From positions 1 to 64,000 of the forward strand of contig JBCCQY010000014.1 in the NCBI GenBank assembly GCA_039208735.1: a stretch of 64,000 nucleotides of DNA, read 5' to 3'. The translations under genes and the position numbers were made by a program. How positions within the stretch are numbered: position 1 is the stretch's first letter; each line of letters starts with the position of its first letter. Shown one piece after another: positions 57,713 to 64,000 of the stretch. This DNA is from Myxococcota bacterium. Its GTDB lineage: Bacteria; Myxococcota_A; UBA796; GCA-2862545. The notes under the pieces were generated by a model. That model was not told where the DNA came from, did not search any database, and was given only the letters and a program-made list of their open reading frames with translations.

Positions 57713-60112
57713 ATGTCTGCGAGGCGGACCGACCCCCGGCCCGCGAGCGTGGTTGCCCTGCTCGGCCCCACCAACACGGGAAAAACGCACCGAGCGATCG
57801 ACCGCATGCTCTCGTGGCCGTCCGGCATCATGGGGCTGCCCCTGCGGCTGCTTGCCCGAGAGGTCTACGACCGGGTGAGAGAGCGGATTGGCGAGCGCCG
57901 AGTGGCGCTCATTACCGGGGAAGAAAAGCGGGTTCCTCGCGAGGCGGTCTACTTCATCTGCACCGTCGAAGCGATGCCCACCGACCGCCGGGTGGCGTTT
58001 GTCGCCGTCGACGAGATCCAACTCGCCGGCGACCGCAATCGCGGCCACACCTTTACCGATCGGCTCCTCAACGTTCGCGGCACCGAGCAGACCATGTTCC
58101 TCGGCGCGGACACCATCGCGCCGCTCATGAAGAAGCTGGTTCCCAAGGTCGAGATCGAGTCGGCCCATCGGTTGTCGCGGCTCAGTTGGGCCGGCACGAA
58201 GAAGATCGCGTCCATTCCTCCGCGATCGGCCATCGTCGCCTTTTCCGCCGAGAAGGTCTACGAGGTCGCTGAACGACTGAAGGCCCTGCATGGGGGAGCC
58301 GCCGTCGTACTGGGGGCGCTGTCCCCACGGACCCGAAATGCCCAGGTCGAGATGTTTCAGGCGGGCGAGGTCCAACACATGGTCGCGACCGACGCCATCG
58401 GCATGGGCTTGAACATGGACCTGCAGCACGTCTGGTTCACCGATGTGCGCAAGTACGACGGACGCGGGTTTCGTGCCCTGTCAGCCTCAGAGGTGGCCCA
58501 GATCGCGGGGCGCGCCGGGCGCTACAAGACCGACGGGACGTTTGGCGCCACTCGTGCGTTGGGGCCTCTCGACCCGGACCTCATCGAAGCGGTGGAAGCC
58601 CATCGCTTTCCTGCGCTCACCCGGCTGTTCTGGCGCAACAGCAAGCTCGACTTTCGAACCCCCGAGGCCCTGCTGCGAAGCTTGTCTCGGCCCCCTCCCG
58701 CGTCCGGACTGCTCTCGGCATTTGGCGAAGACGATCAACGCACGCTCGAAGCCCTCGTTCATCGGGACGACGTCCGCGATTGCATCACCGAGGAAGCCGC
58801 GGTCCGCACGCTGTGGGAAGTGTGCCGCATTCCAGACTATCGGAAGACCCACACCGGATCGCACGCAGAACTGCTCGAACGCATCGTGATCCAGCTCGTT
58901 GAGCGCGGCGAAATCGACGAGGAGTTCGTGGGGAGTCGCCTGCGTCGGCTCGACCGGACCGATGGTGACATCGAGACGTTGATGGCGCGTATCGCGTGGG
59001 TAAGGACGTGGACCTACGTGGCTTGGCAGTCCCGCTGGACCGCCGATCCGCAACGTTGGCAGGCTGAGACGCGTCGTCTCGAAGACAGCCTGTCCGACGC
59101 CCTTCACGAGCGGCTCACGGCCCGGTTCGTCGACCGTCGGGTCTCGTTTGTGATGGCCGGGGGGGCTGAACTCCACGCCGATGTGCGGGTCGATGAAGGG
59201 ACCGTGCGAATCGGAGCCATCGAGCTGGGCCGGCTGGTCGGATGGACCTTCGTGCCGACGTCCGAGCTGCCAAAGGTGGTGGCGCGGGCGGTTCGTGGAC
59301 GGCTTCGCGTACTGGCTTTGGCTCGGCACCGGGCGATTCTCGAAGCGGACGACGCCTCCATCACGGTCGATGACGAAGGGGCCATCTTGCACGAGGGGGT
59401 CGCGATGGCCGACCTGCGACCCGGCCCCTCAGTGCTCGAGCCCAAGGTGGTCGTTCGCCGAATCGAGGTGTTGGATCCCCAAGAGCGTCAGCGTCTGGGC
59501 ACCCGACTCGATCGTTGGCTGAAGGCCTGGCTTTCGGACCTCTTTGGCACCCTCGATGAGGTGCAGGACTTGTCCCCGGCCGCGCGGGGGCTCGTGCACA
59601 TGGTGCGGACAGGCCTGGGAGTGGTGCCGGTGGCCGACGTTGGGGCCAATCTCGACCAACTCACGCCGGCGGATCGAAAGGGCCTGGCGAGATTGGACGT
59701 GCGCATCGGGCGGCTTCATGTGTTCGTGAAACGCCTACTGTTTGGCGGTGAACTGGAGGCGCGAGGTCGGTTGCTGTCGCTCGCCGAGGGCCGCAAGCCG
59801 TTCCCTTCCCCCCCTGCCGATGGGCGCGCCACAGTTCCCCTTGACGGAACATTCAATGCCTGGCTCGAAGGACTGGGTTTCGTGGGGGTCGGTCCGCTCG
59901 CGGTGCGTGTCGACCTGCTGGAGAAGGTTTCGGCCGAGGCCCGTCGCCGCACCCGTCATCGACGGTCGTCAGCGCTCGATCCGCTGCCGTCCTGGTTGGG
60001 CACCTCGATCGACGAGACCTTGGCCGTTCTGCGCGCCCTTGGATTTGGCGTTCAGCTCTTCAAGGACGGCACGATTTCCGTACGGGGCAAGAAGCGGAGG
60101 CGTGGCGCGTGA
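57713..60112 (+). CDS. SUV3-like SF2 helicase
   Basis: Motifs GPTNTGKT, PLRLLAREV, CTVEAM, DEIQ, ATDAIGMGLN and QIAGRAGR. Confidence 0.92.
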   Translation: MSARRTDPRPASVVALLGPTNTGKTHRAIDRMLSWPSGIMGLPLRLLAREVYDRVRERIGERRVALITGEEKRVPREAVYFICTVEAMPTDRRVAFVAVDEIQLAGDRNRGHTFTDRLLNVRGTEQTMFLGADTIAPLMKKLVPKVEIESAHRLSRLSWAGTKKIASIPPRSAIVAFSAEKVYEVAERLKALHGGAAVVLGALSPRTRNAQVEMFQAGEVQHMVATDAIGMGLNMDLQHVWFTDVRKYDGRGFRALSASEVAQIAGRAGRYKTDGTFGATRALGPLDPDLIEAVEAHRFPALTRLFWRNSKLDFRTPEALLRSLSRPPPASGLLSAFGEDDQRTLEALVHRDDVRDCITEEAAVRTLWEVCRIPDYRKTHTGSHAELLERIVIQLVERGEIDEEFVGSRLRRLDRTDGDIETLMARIAWVRTWTYVAWQSRWTADPQRWQAETRRLEDSLSDALHERLTARFVDRRVSFVMAGGAELHADVRVDEGTVRIGAIELGRLVGWTFVPTSELPKVVARAVRGRLRVLALARHRAILEADDASITVDDEGAILHEGVAMADLRPGPSVLEPKVVVRRIEVLDPQERQRLGTRLDRWLKAWLSDLFGTLDEVQDLSPAARGLVHMVRTGLGVVPVADVGANLDQLTPADRKGLARLDVRIGRLHVFVKRLLFGGELEARGRLLSLAEGRKPFPSPPADGRATVPLDGTFNAWLEGLGFVGVGPLAVRVDLLEKVSAEARRRTRHRRSSALDPLPSWLGTSIDETLAVLRALGFGVQLFKDGTISVRGKKRRRGA

Positions 60113-61281
60113 ACGAGTTGACCTCCCCATGGCTCGCCCTCGAGAGCCTTCTGTTTGTCGGTGGGGGCCTCACGGTGCTTGCCGCAACGTGGAAGCAGGA
60201 GGCGGATCGCCCCTTCCTTTGGTGGCCGGTGCCCGTGGCCATGGGCCTCCTTGGCTGGGTGGTGCTGGTGGTTCGTTCTCAGCTGCTGCCGGCAGTTGTG
60301 CAGGGCGTGCCACACGCCGAATTGGCCCATGCGGCGTTGCGAGTTCACATCGCCAATGCGGAGGCGGGTTGGCTGGTGCTCATCCTCATGATGGCATGGT
60401 GTCTAGCCGCGGCTTGGAGCCACGGCCTTCACCCCGCCGACCGGACCCGGCTCTGGATCGCCGCTGCACTGTTGGGCCTCGCGGGGGTGGCCGGAAATGG
60501 ACGAATGGGCATCGCGGCGGTGGCGGTGGCGGCAGTGGCAACCGCGCCCGGTCGCTTGGGCACCGCCAGTGGGCTTCTCGCCGTTGCCGCTGGGTTCCTG
60601 GCCCATCTTGGGTGGCTCTCTGACGTCGTGATTAACGGGAACCTTGGCGGCGTCTGGCTCGCGTGGGTCACGGCTCCGGTTTGGGGAGGGATGGCCGTGC
60701 TCTTGGGATGGCGGAGCCCTCACTTTTCGTCGTTTGTCGGGGGTCTTCTGGGCGTGGGGATTGGCGGTTGGTTGGCCATCGCCCATTTCGCGCGTGCCCC
60801 GTACCGTCCCCTTGCATTCTCGGGCGATGCTCCTGTGCACCGGCCCGCCCGCCTGGCGCGGAGCGTGCCCCAGGCTCCGGCGCAAGTACGGGCCATGGGT
60901 GCCGAGGCGTCCCTGCGGGACGTGGGGCAGGAAGGACCCGGCAACCACAAGGTGCTCGTCGCGATCGACGAAGGACCCTGGCCACCCGGACTTGGGCGTT
61001 GGCGGTGGTCCTGGGAGCCTCTGCGCATCGTTCAACCGGGCTCTCGTTTCGTGGCTCCGGCATCGGCGGTGAAGGTCGACAACCGTCATGGTGTCCTCAC
61101 CCTCCACAATCATGATCCGCTGACGGAGCCCACTCTTGTCTCCGCCTTGGCGGGGGCCCCGCTGCGGGTCGATCTGGTCGCCAAGGCCAATGCCGAGTTG
61201 ACCCTCGATGCGTGGCTGGCCTGGTGCAGAACGGCCAGGAAGTCTCATGAATTCGTGCGATGCTCGGTTGAGATCGACTGA
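60109..61281 (+). CDS. Hypothetical multi-pass membrane protein
   Basis: GTGA coupling to the helicase. About 7-8 hydrophobic segments, then a soluble C-terminus. Confidence 0.6.
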   Translation: MNELTSPWLALESLLFVGGGLTVLAATWKQEADRPFLWWPVPVAMGLLGWVVLVVRSQLLPAVVQGVPHAELAHAALRVHIANAEAGWLVLILMMAWCLAAAWSHGLHPADRTRLWIAAALLGLAGVAGNGRMGIAAVAVAAVATAPGRLGTASGLLAVAAGFLAHLGWLSDVVINGNLGGVWLAWVTAPVWGGMAVLLGWRSPHFSSFVGGLLGVGIGGWLAIAHFARAPYRPLAFSGDAPVHRPARLARSVPQAPAQVRAMGAEASLRDVGQEGPGNHKVLVAIDEGPWPPGLGRWRWSWEPLRIVQPGSRFVAPASAVKVDNRHGVLTLHNHDPLTEPTLVSALAGAPLRVDLVAKANAELTLDAWLAWCRTARKSHEFVRCSVEID

Positions 61282-61313
61282 TCCTGCACGCGTCCGACCC
61301 CAAGGAGTCGCCC

Positions 61314-62735
61314 ATGTCCAACGCCGCCGTTGCGCCGGAATCCACCGTTCTCGACACGACCTTTGCAAGGTTGCGGGAGGCTTTTCAGGCCGAACCTTAC
61401 CCGGAGGTGGCGACGCGCAAGGCCAAGCTCGATGCGCTCCTGGCGAACGTGCGAGAGCAGCGTGAGGCCCTCGTCAAGGCCATGTCCGAGGACTTTGGTC
61501 ACCGCAGCTGGCACGAGTCGATGACCTACGACGTACTGCAGGTGGTGAACCACATCCGCTACGCCAAGCGAAACCTTCGGGGTTGGATGGCGCCGGAGCC
61601 GGTTCCGCTTGCCTGGACCTACCAACCGGCTCGGGCCGAGGTGTTGAGCCAGCCATTGGGCGTCGTTGGGGTGATTGCCCCCTGGAATTTCCCGGTCCAG
61701 CTGGCTCTCGTGCCTATCGTGTACGCGATCGCGGCGGGCAACCGTGTGCTTCTCAAGCCAAGCGAACTCACGCCGGCCACTGCCGACGTGCTGGCGAGCT
61801 TGCTCGAGCAAAGCCTGGGGTCGGACTGGGTGGGCGTCGTGACCGGAGACGCCGAAGTGGGAGCCCAGTTTGCTTCGTTGCCGTTCGATCACTTGTTGTT
61901 CACTGGGTCCACGCGAGTAGGACGGCTGGTGGCCAAGGCGGCGGCGGAAAACCTCACGCCCGTGACGCTCGAGCTTGGAGGCAAGTCTCCGGCCTTGGTG
62001 CATCCGGACTTTCCAACCGAGCGGGCCGCCGAACTCGTGGCGTTCGGGAAGCTTGCCAACAGCGGCCAGATCTGCGTGGCACCGGACTATGTGCTGGTGC
62101 GCAAGGATCAAGCCTCAGCGCTCGTGACGGCCTTGCAGACGGCCATGTCCGACATGTATCCAAAGTTTCTCGAGAATCGAGATTACACTGCGATCATCAC
62201 CGATCGTCATCGGGCTCGACTGCAAGAGCTGCTCGACGATGCGGAGCAGAAGGGTGCGCAGGTCCTTCGGGTCAACCCAGGCAACGAGGAACTCGAAGGC
62301 AACGGCAAGTTCGTGCCGGCCATCGTGCGCGGGGTGACCAACGAGATGCGCGTCATGCAGGAGGAGATCTTCGGGCCCGTTCTCCCCATCGTCGAAACCG
62401 AGTCTTACGAAGCGATGGCCGAGGTGGTGAACCAAGGCGAACGACCGCTTGCGATGTACATTCTCGACAAGAACGAAGCGCGCATTTCTGAACTGATGAA
62501 GCAAACCCACGCCGGGGGCATTGCGGTCAACGAGACGCTGATCACAGCTGGCATCGAAAGCCTGCCGTTTGGAGGAGTCGGCAAATCGGGAATGGGCAGC
62601 TACCATGGTCGCGAGGGTTTCGACACGTTCAGTCATCGAAAGAGCATCTTTCGACAGTCAAGGTTCAATCTTCGCAACCTTGTTTCGCCGCCCTTTGGCA
62701 GGACGTTGGAACGGCTGCTCGACTGGCTCATCTGA
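61314..62735 (+). CDS. Aldehyde dehydrogenase (coniferyl aldehyde dehydrogenase-like)
   Basis: Motifs PWNFP, FTGS, LELGGKSP, GQICVAPDY, EEIFGP and PFGGVGKSG. AAGGAG RBS. Confidence 0.93.
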   Translation: MSNAAVAPESTVLDTTFARLREAFQAEPYPEVATRKAKLDALLANVREQREALVKAMSEDFGHRSWHESMTYDVLQVVNHIRYAKRNLRGWMAPEPVPLAWTYQPARAEVLSQPLGVVGVIAPWNFPVQLALVPIVYAIAAGNRVLLKPSELTPATADVLASLLEQSLGSDWVGVVTGDAEVGAQFASLPFDHLLFTGSTRVGRLVAKAAAENLTPVTLELGGKSPALVHPDFPTERAAELVAFGKLANSGQICVAPDYVLVRKDQASALVTALQTAMSDMYPKFLENRDYTAIITDRHRARLQELLDDAEQKGAQVLRVNPGNEELEGNGKFVPAIVRGVTNEMRVMQEEIFGPVLPIVETESYEAMAEVVNQGERPLAMYILDKNEARISELMKQTHAGGIAVNETLITAGIESLPFGGVGKSGMGSYHGREGFDTFSHRKSIFRQSRFNLRNLVSPPFGRTLERLLDWLI

Positions 62736-62753
62736 GGCCCTCCGGAGCCTGCC

Positions 62754-63482
62754 ATGCTGTGCCTTGCCTTCCTCTTCGTGAGCTTTCTGCTGATCGCCTG
62801 GGGAATGCACGAGCTTTCGCTCCGCAGCGAGCAGGTATACCGGCATTTGTCTCGAGCGGTGCAATCTGCGCACGCGTTTGACGAGTGGATGGTGGCTATT
62901 CCGGCCCACGATCGAGCGTTGGACATGAGCCAGGTTGCTCGTTGGGCGCTCGTCATTGTCGGATTGTGGCCGTTCTGGTGCATCGTCGGCGGCTTCTTCC
63001 TTTTCGTGCCTCTCGTCGTGATGTTTTCGGGCGCACAAGGCGCGTATTTTGCACCCGCAGGACTGGGCTTCATTGGACTGTGGCCCATCTTGGCGACAAC
63101 CTGGCTGCTCAACCATTCCCACGCCCGGCGGCTCGTCTGGCGCCGGCTCGTGGTGAATCACCAGGGCATTCGCATCGAACGGATCAAGGCGAACGTTCGC
63201 ACCGTGAAACCGTCCGACATCCGGGCAGCCCCCCCTGTGGAAGTGGAACTCCACGCGCAGTGGCACGAACTCTCACGCATCGTGGTCGAGAACGGTGCTT
63301 ACCTCTGTCTCACCGTTTTCGAGGGTACGAGGCAGTTTGGTCCGCTTCCCCACGCCGTGCTGAAACAGCTGGTGGACGAGGCGGTGATCCGGCGCAGAGC
63401 CGAAGATGAGGGCAAGAAGGCAGAGCTTGGACCTTTGCACGACCTCATGAAGCGGAGCCAGGCCTCTCAGGAGACAGCATGA
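62754..63482 (+). CDS. Hypothetical membrane protein
   Basis: Three hydrophobic segments. Paralog of the next gene. Confidence 0.65.
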   Translation: MLCLAFLFVSFLLIAWGMHELSLRSEQVYRHLSRAVQSAHAFDEWMVAIPAHDRALDMSQVARWALVIVGLWPFWCIVGGFFLFVPLVVMFSGAQGAYFAPAGLGFIGLWPILATTWLLNHSHARRLVWRRLVVNHQGIRIERIKANVRTVKPSDIRAAPPVEVELHAQWHELSRIVVENGAYLCLTVFEGTRQFGPLPHAVLKQLVDEAVIRRRAEDEGKKAELGPLHDLMKRSQASQETA

Positions 63483-64000
63483 TCTGGGTGGCCCTCATCG
63501 TCACGATGCCCACCGTCCTGTTCGGTGCGGTCATCGTGGCCCTATGGCGACGGCGGAGCCGGGAGATCGAGCGTCATCTTCGCGAGGCGCCACGCCTTAG
63601 TTATGCATTTGGCGAGCTGGTGCTCGCGGTTCCTGAGCACTTTCAACGCGGATTGGACCTGGGACAAGCCGTGACCTGGCTTCTTCTGGTCGTGGGCGCA
63701 TGGCCCACCTGGGCATTGATCCTCGCGTCTGCCACCAACATTTTGGGCATTGTCTACCACGGGGAATGGTGGTTTTGGTGGAGGGCCAGCCTCGCCCTTC
63801 CCGCGGTTGGCTACCTCGGCGTCATCGCGAGCCAACGTTTTCGACCCTTGGGTTGGCGACGGTTGGTCTTGAAGCACCAGGGCCTGTGCATCGACCGAGT
63901 GCGGGCGTCTCCCGAGGCACCGCGCCGCACCGTCGGGGTCCTCGAGGCAGAGTGGCATCGTGTGGAGCGCTTCGAACGCTGCGGTGAGGTTTACCTCCAC
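63479..64000 (+). CDS. Hypothetical membrane protein, tandem paralog (3' truncated by window)
   Basis: ATGA overlap. MIWVALIVTMP...WRRLVLKHQGLCIDRVRA...LEAEWH matches WRRLVVNHQGIRIERIKA...LHAQWH upstream. Confidence 0.65.
   Translation, partial: MIWVALIVTMPTVLFGAVIVALWRRRSREIERHLREAPRLSYAFGELVLAVPEHFQRGLDLGQAVTWLLLVVGAWPTWALILASATNILGIVYHGEWWFWWRASLALPAVGYLGVIASQRFRPLGWRRLVLKHQGLCIDRVRASPEAPRRTVGVLEAEWHRVERFERCGEVYLH

Noticed and set aside
1..64000. CRISPR array, IS element, integrase, prophage, rRNA or tRNA
   Set aside because: No spaced direct repeats, transposase/integrase motifs, phage genes or stable RNA signatures were seen by eye.

Overview
GC-rich chromosomal window of about 56 CDS. 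The gene content (Hanks Ser/Thr kinase, PP2C-cNMP phosphatase, Cys-rich lipoproteins, futalosine-pathway gene) suggests a Myxococcota-like bacterium; this taxonomy is an inference. Core genes are guaA, topB, rpmB, rbfA-truB-rpsO-pnp-dut, ffh, gmk, yicC and greB. Also present are an atuCDEF-like terpene/branched-chain acyl-CoA cluster, a GT9/GT4 surface-glycan operon ending in an orphan N6-adenine DNA methyltransferase, signalling genes and secreted proteins. I saw no tRNA, rRNA, CRISPR array, transposase or prophage. The best candidates for undescribed biology are: (1) a four-gene operon of PPTase, a degenerate ECF sigma fused to an anti-sigma-like domain with a MinD-like tail, a TPR-pseudo-zincin and an RNase Z-like hydrolase; (2) a ~1000 aa M14/AstE hydrolase with a duplicated unknown C-terminal domain; (3) a pair of half-TolC-like genes; (4) a pseudo-histidine-kinase/pseudo-receiver; (5) a highly structured rpsO-pnp intergenic RNA. 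All calls come from reading motifs by eye with no database searches, and several start codons were re-picked from the ORF track.
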